From assembly GCA_964035545.1 (NCBI GenBank), contig OZ037767.1, forward strand, positions 20,600,628 through 20,664,627: a DNA stretch of 64,000 nt, read 5' to 3'. The translations under genes and the position numbers were made by a program. The notes under the pieces are model-generated. The model worked only from the letters and a program-made list of their open reading frames with translations, ran no database searches and was not told where the DNA came from. Positions 29,057 to 40,300 of this stretch are shown piece after piece (positions within the stretch are counted from its first letter, which is position 1; each line of letters opens with the position of its first letter). The DNA comes from Bugula neritina. Taxonomy: Eukaryota > Animalia > Bryozoa.

Positions 29057-29856
29057 TAATAGTATTACTATTACTATCAGTAACTGTAATTACTAATTAG
29101 TAATACTAATAGTAATAGTAATTTACTAATACAGTATTACTAATAGTATTACTATTAGTATTACTAATGCTAATAGTAATACTTTTAATTAGCAGCGATA
29201 ATTATTTTTTAGGTTTACATTCAATAAAAGGTAAAATCCACCCACATTTGTTTAAAATCTCTATCTCTGTTAGTGTTAATACTAGTACTAATAGTAATAC
29301 TAATAGTAATACCTCAGAAGTTGGAAGTGGTGGTATTAGTAGTACTATTAGTATTACTATTAGTATTAGTAATGCTAATACTAATAGTAATAAATGTAAT
29401 ATTAATACTAAATCTAAATACATTTACTAAGTCTAATTACTATTATTATTATTATTATTATTAAGTATTACTATAATATAACTATAGTCTTTAAGTCACT
29501 GTTAATATTACATTTACTGTGTTAGTATTACTATTAGTATTACTATTAGCATTAGTATTACTATTACTAATAGTAATAGTAATACTAATGCTAATTAGTA
29601 TTAGTATTAGTATAATGAATTAGTATTATTCAGTATTACTATTAGTATTAGAGTATTACTATTAGTATTAGAGTATTACTATTAGTATTAGTATTAGTAT
29701 TACTATTACATATTGATATTCATATTGTCTATTACTATAAGTATAAGTATAACTATTAGTATTAGTATTACCTCTTACAGTTACTATTAGTATTAGTATT
29801 ACTATTAGTATTAGTATAAGTATTTGTATTACATTTACTATTACTATTAGTATTAG
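29057..29856. repeat. Degenerate TATTAG/TATTAC microsatellite field
   Basis: (TAGTAT/TACTAT)n and its complement over about 800 bp. Confidence 0.85.
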
Positions 29857-29959
29857 ACTTGGTAATTACCAAATCCAAGACCTATCCGCCCATAAACTGA
29901 TAAAGGTTCATAAACTTTAAGTTAAATTAAAAGTAAAAAGGGTAAAAATTAAACATTAC

Positions 29960-30213
29960 CTAAACAATTCACTTGGCTATGTTTTTAGAGGCAGCTTACT
30001 CTTTCAGGCACCTGAAAAACTTGCAATTTTTTATCTATTTCTTTGTATTAGCCACAAGTCTAAGAAGCGCACATGAATCAATTAGTAAATAACGTGTCAT
30101 CAAACTGACAGCCGCGCCATCACCATGTCAAACATCAACATGTGGTTCTCCGAATCTGACATTCTGCTAGATGACGGGTTTTCATTAGTCGCTTACATTT
30201 AACCTTGACCACG
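29960..30213. promoter_or_regulatory. Probable bidirectional promoter and first non-coding exons of SPSB (-) and CNK (+)
   Basis: Locally CpG-richer segment (agcgc, aacgtg, gccgcgcc) flanked by outward-facing donors: minus strand tag|gtaatg at 29959 and plus strand acg|gtaagt at 30214. It lies between two divergently oriented genes. Confidence 0.4.
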
Positions 30214-30882
30214 GTAAGTAAGTTAGCACTGATAGAATGAATGCAGACATAAAACCTATGATTTTGCGTAGAGTGCTAATAATCTAAAACAGTAGAACTA
30301 CTAGCCTATCATATTATTATTTGCAGTTGGGATCCTTGGTCACTACATTATTGACACTATTACAATGATCCTGTCAAGTTTTACTACTATTTACGCAGCA
30401 TATTATTATTAGCATTACTATTAGTACTATGACTGTCAGTCTATCACTATGCTTATTATTTGTTTATTGTAATTTGGCAAACTTTTTAGTTGTGGTATGA
30501 CAAAATTTTATGGAACTAGATAATTATTATTTATAAAGAAAAATACATAACTCACAGTGAGTGTGACTGTCACAATCACTACCAGTGAATCACTGATTAG
30601 TGATTACATTTACCGTTTACAGGAAACGCGAAAACTGAAAAGTAATTGAACTTAAATTGATGTTTATATTATAATTATATATACTAATAATTATAATTTA
30701 ATCACTAAGGATAATAAATCCTAAATTTCTTATACCTGTCGATACCTGTCGATGTTATTTCCACACTGGACCTCCCTAGAGGGAAGAAGGGGTGTGCCTC
30801 ATATAAAAAACTAAGTTGTCAGTACTTGGACAGTAATCTAAAAAGTGTTAACATTTTTGTGCAGATTAACTTAACAGGCTAA

Positions 30883-33654
30883 CTAGCCTGTCTGTGTGTG
30901 ATCAGTGCTGATCCTCATATCTCTTATTGTTCTTGGGAGAAAACTATAAAGATACCTATTCTTGTTCGCTCTCACTGATCTGGGAAATCCTGCAACCTGA
31001 GACCGAGTCTGTACAGTGCTTGTGGTCCGCTGATCTAGAAAATCATCATAGGCAGCACTCAGAGTTGGATGTAGTTCTTCCTTAGACAATATTTTTAGGA
31101 GAAGGCTGATGCGTCGGTTTTTCCTCCTTAGATCAAGCGGCTCTAAACACAGCTTTTTCATCTCTTCCCCAATATCAGTTCTTCCTTTGCTGTTAGAGAT
31201 AAAACGCACAGCACATGTTTGAACATTCTCCATTATATTTATATGATTTTTGCTAGATGGGTCCCAGGCTGCACTGGCATATTCCAAGTGTGGGAGACAG
31301 AGGGCTTTGTAGGCAATAAGCTTTGCTCTCCTGGGGGCCCAGTAGAGTGAACGTTTTATCATACCCAATTGCCGTTTTGCAACAAGAACCTTTTTTAGGA
31401 TGTGTTGGTCAAATTTACAGTCTGACTGCAGTGTTACACCAAGGTATTTGGTTGAGTCAACATGATCCAACACTGATCCACTGAGCTTGTATCGGGGAGT
31501 GTCGGTCTTAGGGTTAAAGCTGATTATCTTGCTCTTGGAGATGTTAAATGACATTCCCCACTTATTCGCCCAAGTACTAAGAGAGTCCAGGTTGCGCTGA
31601 AATCTATTACAGTCTTCAGATGAGGAAATTTCTTGGTAAACAAGTGTGTCATCGGCAAAAAGAGCACAAGAGCAGTTGAGACACTCAGGAAGATCATTTA
31701 TAAAAACTAAAAAAAGTACCGGCCCTAAGACTGATCCTTGTGGTACACCTGAGCAAACCGGCTTTGGATCTGAGCTGCAGCCATGTAACACAACACGCTG
31801 CTTTCTGTCTGTAAGAAAGTTGTGAACCCAACGTAGCAGATAATTGTCAACATCGGCAATTTGAGAAAGCTTCTGTAGCAGAAGTCCATGTGGGACCCGA
31901 TCAAATGCCTTGGTAAAGTCTAGCACAGCAGCATGGACAGTCTTTTGGTTATCGATAGCATACAGAATGTCATGCATAGTTGCACAGATCTGCGTCTCAC
32001 AGGAGAGGCCTCTTCTGAAACCATGCTGCCTGTTGTTGAGCTTTGTGTCAATCTTTTCTAGCAGGTTTCTCAGGACGATGTGTTCCAAAATCTTGCAAGG
32101 AATGCTGGTCAAGGATATTGGACGGTAGTTATTGACACTGACCGTAGTTCCTGATTTGTGGAGTGGTGACACATTGGCTCTTTTCCAGTCCAATGGAATT
32201 TGCCCAGTTTGAAGAGAAACTTGAAAAATCCTACTCAAGCATGCAGCGGTAAGTTCAATATCTATGCTCAAATCAGCTTTTCCAAAACCATCAGGACCTG
32301 GAGCTTTGCCAGACTTCAAGTTTTTGATTTGTTGAGCTACGCCCGAGAGAGATACATCAGGCACTTCATTTGTCGCCTCATAGACGAGCATGGGAAGTTG
32401 ATGAGATGCGGTGAATTGCTGGTAGAAGAAACTGTTGAGCATATCAGCACACTTTTTTGGGTCTGATGTGAGAGTACCATCTGGCATAGCAAGCCTAATT
32501 GGGTTATGCGATTTTGTGGAGCCCTTCAAATGTTTGTAAAAGGGTTTACTGTTCCCCTCTAGAAGTGGCTTACATACCCGAGATTCAATATACTGCTTTT
32601 TCAACCTTTTGAAAGCTTTTTTAGAGACTCTGCGGTGATAAGCAGCTGCTTGCCGATCAAAGTCATTTCCGGTCTCCTTGAACCTGTTGTACAGTTTTCT
32701 TTGTTTAGTTGCTAGTTTCCGAGCTTCATTAGTAAACCATGCAGGCTCATGTCTATTAAGCTTGATCTCCCGCTCCAAGGTAGGCACACAATCAGAAATA
32801 GCTTGGCGGAGGCTTCTAGAAAATAATACCCACATAACGTCGACATCATTCATAACTACAAGCTCATCTGCTACCAAACTGAGTACACTGCGGAAGCGAA
32901 CGACATCGGCCTTGTGGTATTGCTTAACTGTTTTTATACTACTTGTATGCTCCGAACTACCTTTGATGGATATGTGAACCAAAATCAGTGCATGATCGCT
33001 CAATCCCGGAAAAATGACCTCATGATGGAGGGAATGTGGGGATGTGGTACACACGAGATCCAGAGTATTGCCATGAATATGTGTTGGCTGAGTTACCAAC
33101 TGGTACATATCATGCTCAGCTAGAATATCTAAAAACTCTATCTGTAGTGACTGGTCTTGCGTATGAGGTTTTGGTAGCATTTGGTGCCAATCAATGCCAG
33201 GTATGTTCATATCTCCTACAAGAATGAGTCTGTCCTGAGGGAATGTTTCAGCGATAGTATGCAGTGATGATCGTACTGTTGATAAGTTTTTATGATTAGG
33301 TGGACGATAATAGCAGCCAATAACACAACCCTTGACTCTGACAAATAGTAATTCAGTATCATCATTGTTTGGCACAATAACAATGGAGCTATTCAAGTTA
33401 TCATTTACTGCAATTAACACACCACCACCATTGATAGTTCTATCTTTTCTATAAATTGATTTGTTATTATAGTCAAAAATCTGGTGGTTCGGTATTGTGT
33501 CATCTATGTGTGTCTCTGTTAAGCAAACTATATCATAATCGTATGTTTCAACGGACAATTGCTCTGTTTTACCTTTAAGAGATCTTATGTTAGCTACAAA
33601 TAGTTTTAGACTGTGGTCTGTGCGGTCTGTGATGCTAGGTTCACATACCTCCAT
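30883..33654 (-). CDS. LINE ORF2: apurinic-like endonuclease plus reverse transcriptase (923 aa)
   Basis: APE motifs NIRSL, CLTETH, DR-GGGV, GDMN, GNTLDLV and SDH. RT motifs PGPDG, NYRPISLTS, QHGFR, LDFTKAFD, GVPQGSVLGP, FADD and KYLGV. C-terminal SFLPRTIRD. Confidence 0.97.
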   Translation of the reverse strand: MEVCEPSITDRTDHSLKLFVANIRSLKGKTEQLSVETYDYDIVCLTETHIDDTIPNHQIFDYNNKSIYRKDRTINGGGVLIAVNDNLNSSIVIVPNNDDTELLFVRVKGCVIGCYYRPPNHKNLSTVRSSLHTIAETFPQDRLILVGDMNIPGIDWHQMLPKPHTQDQSLQIEFLDILAEHDMYQLVTQPTHIHGNTLDLVCTTSPHSLHHEVIFPGLSDHALILVHISIKGSSEHTSSIKTVKQYHKADVVRFRSVLSLVADELVVMNDVDVMWVLFSRSLRQAISDCVPTLEREIKLNRHEPAWFTNEARKLATKQRKLYNRFKETGNDFDRQAAAYHRRVSKKAFKRLKKQYIESRVCKPLLEGNSKPFYKHLKGSTKSHNPIRLAMPDGTLTSDPKKCADMLNSFFYQQFTASHQLPMLVYEATNEVPDVSLSGVAQQIKNLKSGKAPGPDGFGKADLSIDIELTAACLSRIFQVSLQTGQIPLDWKRANVSPLHKSGTTVSVNNYRPISLTSIPCKILEHIVLRNLLEKIDTKLNNRQHGFRRGLSCETQICATMHDILYAIDNQKTVHAAVLDFTKAFDRVPHGLLLQKLSQIADVDNYLLRWVHNFLTDRKQRVVLHGCSSDPKPVCSGVPQGSVLGPVLFLVFINDLPECLNCSCALFADDTLVYQEISSSEDCNRFQRNLDSLSTWANKWGMSFNISKSKIISFNPKTDTPRYKLSGSVLDHVDSTKYLGVTLQSDCKFDQHILKKVLVAKRQLGMIKRSLYWAPRRAKLIAYKALCLPHLEYASAAWDPSSKNHINIMENVQTCAVRFISNSKGRTDIGEEMKKLCLEPLDLRRKNRRISLLLKILSKEELHPTLSAAYDDFLDQRTTSTVQTRSQVAGFPRSVRANKNRYLYSFLPRTIRDMRISTDHTQTG

Positions 33655-34631
33655 TCCCCCTCTGTTCCTTTACTTTGGATTCTGTTATTTCTTATCCTAA
33701 AATTAACATCTGGTTTCTCTTCTTTCATCTCTTTTATAGTTTGACGAAGCTTGTACTGCTCATCTCTCACTTCCTTGCTCTCATCAAGCTTACAGAATAT
33801 ATTTTTATTTCTAAGAGAAGCATTTGCTCTCTTCAAAAACTCCCACTTGGTGGCTTCATCTTCAAATTCTAGTTTTATTGGCCTTGGCTTGCCAGGAACC
33901 CTGGAGGTTAGACGAATAGCTCTGAGGGGCTCCGATGTTCTCATAAAACAATCCTGACGCATAAGCTCTTTGATCTGATCATATGTTGGTATTTGGTTAT
34001 CCTCTGGAATTCCATACAATATTGCATTCTTTTTCCGTAACTCAGACTGAGAGATTTCCACCTGTTTAGCTAACATCTTGCTGGCATGTTCATTCACCTC
34101 TAAGCTCTTTTTCACATTCACAGCATTTTCTTTTACTGCATCGGCGTAACTTTTTTCAAGTTTCTCAAATCTTTTTTCAACAGTAGTTTCATTGGCGGTG
34201 AGAGTAGTAGAGATTGTACTTATTAGCTCCTCAATATTTTGTATTTTCTGGTTCAATGTTGAGCATTGAGAAATTGCACTTAAATCACTCAAACTAGTCT
34301 TGCTGCCACCCTTAGTGGCATTCCGTACTTCTCCAATGCAAGAATCACAAAACCATTGCACCCCTTTTTCATTCAACTTGACAATGGAGTTAACTTCAGT
34401 GTTCTGAAGGCTCTGGCATAGGCCATGAAACCATGATTGGCACATGTCACAACTAATCCATCTAGAACTAATTTTTAGTTGTTGACCTTTGTGATTTCCT
34501 GTATAACAATCAACATTCTTGCAACTTTTGCAGCAAATGCTATCACCACTAGGATGGTGATTGCCAATCCCATTACTATCATTACTACAACTATCTTGGC
34601 TTTGAGATTGAGATTGTTGGCTGTTGGGCAT
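33606..34631 (-). CDS. LINE ORF1: PHD finger, coiled coil and RRM-like nucleic-acid chaperone domain
   Basis: C4HC3 PHD pattern (CKSC...WISCDMCQSWFHGLC...WFCDSC), heptad region, and RKKNAILYGIPE / KPRPIKLEF motifs typical of CR1-group ORF1. First ATG is at 34631 (the ORF track starts at a TTG, 34637). Overlaps ORF2 by 49 nt. Confidence 0.9.
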   Translation of the reverse strand: MPNSQQSQSQSQDSCSNDSNGIGNHHPSGDSICCKSCKNVDCYTGNHKGQQLKISSRWISCDMCQSWFHGLCQSLQNTEVNSIVKLNEKGVQWFCDSCIGEVRNATKGGSKTSLSDLSAISQCSTLNQKIQNIEELISTISTTLTANETTVEKRFEKLEKSYADAVKENAVNVKKSLEVNEHASKMLAKQVEISQSELRKKNAILYGIPEDNQIPTYDQIKELMRQDCFMRTSEPLRAIRLTSRVPGKPRPIKLEFEDEATKWEFLKRANASLRNKNIFCKLDESKEVRDEQYKLRQTIKEMKEEKPDVNFRIRNNRIQSKGTEGEWRYVNLASQTAQTTV

Positions 34632-35299
34632 CTTCAATAGTTAGAGTTAGTTGTAAGTTGAAGCACCAATGTCTCTTTTTTACTGGTTAAGGTAGTTAAA
34701 GTTGAAGGTTAGTACTTACAGTTCGAGTAAAACTAGAGTAATTGTAAAAGTAGCAGCAGTATGACTATGAGTAGTATTACTATTATTTTTATTGTCACGA
34801 TGGGTACTAAACTCTGGTCAGTTTTTATTACTGACTCACAGAGAACTAGGCTTTTGAGTTAAATTAATGAGCACACCCCTGCCTCTACTAGGGACCTAAT
34901 TTTGAAATTACGTTAAATTATTTAAAAGTTTAAAATTTAGCGTTCTCCATTATCGAAACCGGAAGGCCCTCCTTTCAATATGAATATGAATAATCTATAG
35001 TTATTCAGTCAATCATAATGATAATGTTATTACTATTAGTCAAGGAGTAGTCGTTGGCTACAAGGCCAAGCGCAAGTATAAGTATAACTATAACTTACTT
35101 CAGCTTTAAAGTAAATGTAAAACACTTACAGTTACTCTTAGTCACCTACACTTTGATTCGTGGTTTTCTTACTTGACTTACTTGAAGATGCAATCACGTT
35201 AGACCTCTAGATTAGTGTAAGCGATGTGCCTCGTTTGGTGAACAGAATTATTAAATGTAGTTAATACTTTTATCACATAAGTGCAGTTCTGTTTTAAGA

Positions 35300-35425
35300 C
35301 TTTGGTGCCAGTACAGGGCCTTATGAGGCCTCTCTGTGAGCAGCATTTGATGTTATTTTCATATCACGTATTGTTCTGGGTAGGAAGCTGGCATGAAATA
35401 GTGAGGTGTTAGTCCTGAAAGTGGA
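35300..35425 (-). mobile_element. 3' fragment of a related LINE
   Basis: Minus strand reads TNTSLFHASFLPRTIRDMKI, matching the ORF2 C-terminus YSFLPRTIRDMRI of the intact element, followed by a small hairpin (ggcctcataaggcc). Confidence 0.75.
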
Positions 35426-35718
35426 CTAGTTTTATTTTTAGTTTATTCTTGTGATTATCGGTATAACTAAGTATAAGTCAGTGAGTAATACTAAGTGTTG
35501 CTTAAACTTAATGGTTATAACGTTATATGTATGCTTATAGTGTAGTATTAGTATTACTATTGTTACTACTAGTGCTAGTGAACATGATAATTATTGAGTA
35601 TGTAATGAATGCATGTATGTAATTGTTATACATAGCCAGTATTAGCATATGTATGCTACTGTCTTATGATAATAGTAATACAGTAGTATAAGTATAACTA
35701 TACTATACTATTATAAAT

Positions 35719-35979
35719 GATTTTAGGTAAAAATGGCACAAATAATAATGGCACAAATAATAATGGAACTGGTAATAAGGGCACAAATGGAAAAGTAGGA
35801 AAAAATGGCACACTGATGTTAAATTTTCCCAAACCCCAAACTCAAACCCTTGACCTTTAAACCCCAACCTCAAACCCCCTATTCTCAAACCTAAACCTCC
35901 ATCCCAGACACCCAACCCCACCCCAAACCCTAATATCGAAAATGTGCCATTTTTACCTGTGCTATTTTTACCGGACACC
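35719..35979. mobile_element. MITE, probably Mutator (MULE)-like, with 9-bp TSD
   Basis: Termini gattttaggtaaaaatggcac and (reverse complement) ggtgtccggtaaaaatagcac match at 16/21 and carry repeated aatggcaca motifs. Flanks are attataaat (35710-35718) and actataaat (35980-35988). The interior is rich in AAACCC-like units. Confidence 0.7.
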
Positions 35980-36142
35980 ACTATAAATAGCGAGTCATGG
36001 TTACTATCAGTATTACTATAACTATTAGTATTAAATTTAATATGTATGCCTTTATGTGAAAAAGCTTTTGAAGATGTCAAACACGCAAAAACACTTATGG
36101 TCACAGGAGTGTCATTTGGTTCACAGTTTGTTTGCCTATGGG

Positions 36143-36780
36143 TTAAGTGAATGTTGTGTTAATTTTTAATCTCTGATCTCTCATGTCTCTAATGGCCCTT
36201 GGTGAGAAACTATCATGATAAACTAGTGAGATTGTGTATACAGATATTAATTCGCCGCAAGCAGCCGACCTAGTGGTCATTAGCATATTTTGGTGGTCTC
36301 TCGTAACTTCATAGTATGCTAGTGCAAGTGTTGAGTGTTGTTCTTCCTCCTGCAAGATTTTCATAAGACTATTTAGTTGTTGATTCTTGCACCTCTACTT
36401 TGAGAGGCTGAAGGCCAAGCTGCGAGCACGTCCTAGTGGTAATAAACCTAAGAGCCCAGTGCTGTACTATTCTTAGAGACTCATTGCCTCTGGCTAATGT
36501 TGTATCCCACATAGAGTCTGCATCTTCTAGTATAGAACGGCACAAACTAATATAAGCCCGTAGTCTACCTGCTCTCAGCGCCTCATGCAAGATGAGTTTA
36601 ATTGCTCTGAGAGTTTTTGAAACTTTATTGTTTTTATTTCATTATGCTGATTAAGTTTAAGGTTTGACTGCATTGTTACACCCGGGTATGTTGTTGTGTT
36701 GGCCTAATCTATCTTAACTTCTTCTAGTCTCTGTAGATGTTTGTACTTTTGATCGCCAAAGTGATTTGATTCAATTAACT
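36143..36780 (-). pseudogene. Decayed, 5'-truncated LINE ORF2 of the same group
   Basis: Frameshifted pieces AYISLCRSILEDADSMWD, VQHWALRFI, LGLQPL, KILQEEEQHSTL and YHDSFSPRAIRDMR are collinear with the C-terminal part of the intact ORF2. Confidence 0.85.
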
Positions 36781-37328
36781 TATTATTACTATTATGAAAC
36801 TGAATGAACAAACCTTTGCTTGACTTTGACTTGACCTGGGCTAGGGTATGCAAATAACAATCACGGGTTATGACTATGTTTGGAGAGTAGGGTCAGAGTG
36901 TCACCAGTTTATATTTAATTATTGTCAGCATGGTCATGACTAACCACTAAAATCAGGTGTTAAGTTATAACAAGTATAAGTAAGCATCACTATAAATATT
37001 AATTAATTAATGGTTAGTTCATACTAAGACTAATATCAATCTACCAATTAATAACAATTATAAACTACCTACATCATGCAATTAGATAATTTTATTTTAA
37101 ATATTGTTAACATAAAAAAGTAGCAAAGTGTTCAAAATGTTACATTATATTCAAATAGGTTAGACATGTTTAATTTGTGTTTCCTTTTTTGCTTAACAAA
37201 TGTGTTGCTAAGCAACATATTTTTTAGACTGAAAAAAAACAATTGAAATTTATCAAAGAGTATATAGCTGTTGCTTTTTCTATGCTGCAGTTCTAAGTTA
37301 TGGTTGCTGCTTACTGATCAAAACGAAA

Positions 37329-40300
37329 ATGACTTTGAAAATAGATAAATGGGATGTTGAACAAGTAGCATCATGGGTTAAAGGTACGCTGCTTAAAATA
37401 CTTATTAATTCAAGTGTATAGATATATAATAGTTGGCAAATGCACACACATGCACTCGCACACACACATATATTTACTGATATTTGACAGGTCTAGACAG
37501 CATAATCTGCCACTACAGTAAAAAGTTTAAAACGAATGGAATTACTGGGAAACAGTTACTAATCTTAGACCACAATGATCTCTCTAAGATTGGCATAACC
37601 AAAGTTGGACATCAAGAGGCTATTCTGGAATCACTTGAACTGCTACTTTCTATAGTATGATTACTAGAGAGTATATAGTATGATTACTAGAGAGTATATA
37701 GTATGATTACCAGAGAGCATATAGTAGGGCTACCAGAGAGTATATAGTATGGTTACCAGAGAGTATACTGTATGATTACCAGAGAGTATATAGTATGATT
37801 ACCAGAGAGTATACTGTATGATTACCAGAGAATATATTGTATGATTACCAGAGAGTATATAGTGTGATTACCAGAGAGTATATAGTGTGATTACCAGAGA
37901 GTATATTGTGTGATTACCAGAGAGTATATAGTATGGTTACCAGAGAGTATATAGTATGATTACCAGAGAGTATATTGTATGATTACCAGAGAGTATATAG
38001 TATGATTACCAGAGAGTATATAGTATGATTACCAGAGAGTATATAGTATGATTACCAGAGAGTATATAGTATGATTACCAGAGAGTATATAGTATGATTA
38101 CCAGAGAGTATATAGTATGATTACCAGAGAGTATATAGTATGATTACCAGAGAGTATATAGTATGATTACCAGAGAGTATATAGTATGGTTACCAGAGAG
38201 TATATAGTATGATTACCAGAGAGTATATAGTATGATTACCAGAGAGTATATAGTATGATTACCAGAGAGTATATAGTATGATTACCAGAGAGTATATAGT
38301 ATGATTACCAGGGAGTATATAGTATGATTACCAGAGAGTATACTACTGTATGATTAACAGGACTTTTATTCTAAGATATATATTTATTATTTCGTTCATA
38401 AGATCACTGCTTTTTTAAAAATAGCAATCTATATACTTTTATGTTTATCACAAATATTACTTATTGTTATTTATAAATATACAAACTATAATTTGCTTCA
38501 GCTGAAGAAAATTATATTCACAATAAGTAATATTTGAGATGAACTTAACATCTGAATTATTGTTTTTTAACTCTTCATTTTATTTCAGCTTACTCTCATA
38601 AAATCCTTGAATTCAAAGTTATAGATTAATATTATGTTTCAATTTAAGAACAATGAGTTGAACAGCTGTAATCTGCAGTCGTTGGCACTGACAGTGATCT
38701 GCAGAATAGGATATGTCCACAGGATATTAGAGCAGCAGGATGGCTTGCCTTTGTCTGGTTACAATCGCGAGCTTATCGATTGTGTCTGTTATTTCACATC
38801 AAGTGTGCAGAAACTGCTGCTTTGGCTGCAAAGGTGCGAATGTGTTTCTTCTGTTAACCTAAGCTATGTTTTTATTTTCATTTATAGCTATTCCATGTTT
38901 CTGCTTTAGCCAGTATATTTGCTAGAATTCTTTAATCATTGTCAGAAGATAATTCTAAATATTTTGGAGCATGTTCGTTAGTTGTGTTGGTGTTTCTCTA
39001 ACTGAAATATAACTCTGCTTTATACTATAACTCTACTATGGCTATAACTATACTATACTACCATTTCACTGTACTATATACTATAACTGTGCTCTACGCT
39101 ATTGCAGCTCGCCATTTTCCAACATGGATGTCTTCACTAGTTTACACGATAGTGTGAGGAAAGCAACTATAGCCGTGACTAGTCACTTCAGCAGAACCAG
39201 TTATCTCCAACACATCAGTAGAAACAAATCTTATATACTCAACAAGGTATGCCCACAGTGTCTTTATTCAATTTGTTGGCTTTGTGCACTGTCATTCACC
39301 ATCATACACTGTCACCCACTATCATACAGTGTCACCCACCATCATACACTGTCACCCACTATCATACACTGTCACTCACTATCATACAGTGTCACTCACT
39401 GTCATACACTGTCACTTACTGTCATACAGTGTCACTCACTGTCATATAGTGTCACTCACTGTCACTTACTGTCATACAGTGTCACTCACTGTCATACACT
39501 GTCACCCACTATCATACAGTGTCACTCACTGTCATATAGTGTCACTCACTGTCATACACTGTCACCTACTATCATACACTGTCACCCACTATCATACAGT
39601 CAATCACTGTCATACACTGTCACTCACTATCATACACTGTCACTTACTGTCATACAGTGTCACTCACTGTCACTCACTGTCATATAGTGTCACTCACTGT
39701 CATACAGTGTCACTCACTGTCACTCACTGTTATACAGTGTCACTCACTGTCACTCACTGTCATATAGTGTCACTCACTGTCATACACTGTCATACAGTGT
39801 CACTCACTGTCATACACTGACACACAGTGTCACTCGCTGTCATACACTGTCATACACTGTCACTCACTGTCATACACTGTCATACAGTGTCACTCACTGT
39901 CATACACTGTCATACAGTGTCACTCACTGTCATACACTGTCATACAGTGTCAATCACTGTCATACACTGTCATACAGTGTCACTCACTGTCATACAGTGT
40001 CACTCACTGTCATACACTGTCACTCACTGTCACAATGTTGCAGCTCGCTGAAATTGAAAGTAAATGTGATGATTTGGTAAAGCGTTGCCCTGACTCTATA
40101 ATACTCACTCCAGCTAGCTTAGAGAATATTACTGTGAGAAAGAGAGCAGGGGAAACATTGGTGAGTGACTCTCAGTCTATATTTCCTGTTTAGTAAGCAT
40201 CACCCAATTTACATTCACTTTTTTTATCAAATTTATTGCTACTTCTTATGTAATGAATTTTCTTAATGTTTAGTTTCAATATTTTATAAATTTTCTCACA

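Larger units (their letters stand above)
30732..34975 (-). mobile_element. Apparently intact CR1-group non-LTR retrotransposon (LINE)
   Basis: Two uninterrupted overlapping ORFs. The 3' UTR has a stem-loop (30762-30796) and a short tandem tail (ATCGACAGGT)x2 at 30732-30753 instead of poly-A. The 5' boundary is approximate and no clear TSD was seen. Confidence 0.9.

Noticed and set aside
29167-29464. Hydrophobic and Asn-rich ORFs on both strands
   Set aside because: Microsatellite-derived.
31910-33957. Plus-strand ORFs within the LINE
   Set aside because: Antisense shadows of ORF1/ORF2 with no recognisable motifs.
37651-38342. CRISPR-like array of 23-bp repeats
   Set aside because: Units are contiguous with no unique spacers, there are no cas genes, and the context is a eukaryotic intron.
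39247-40051. His/Cys-rich ORFs (HCHSLSYSVT repeats) resembling a metal-binding protein
   Set aside because: Open in several frames because of the 10-bp repeat; lies inside CNK intron 4.
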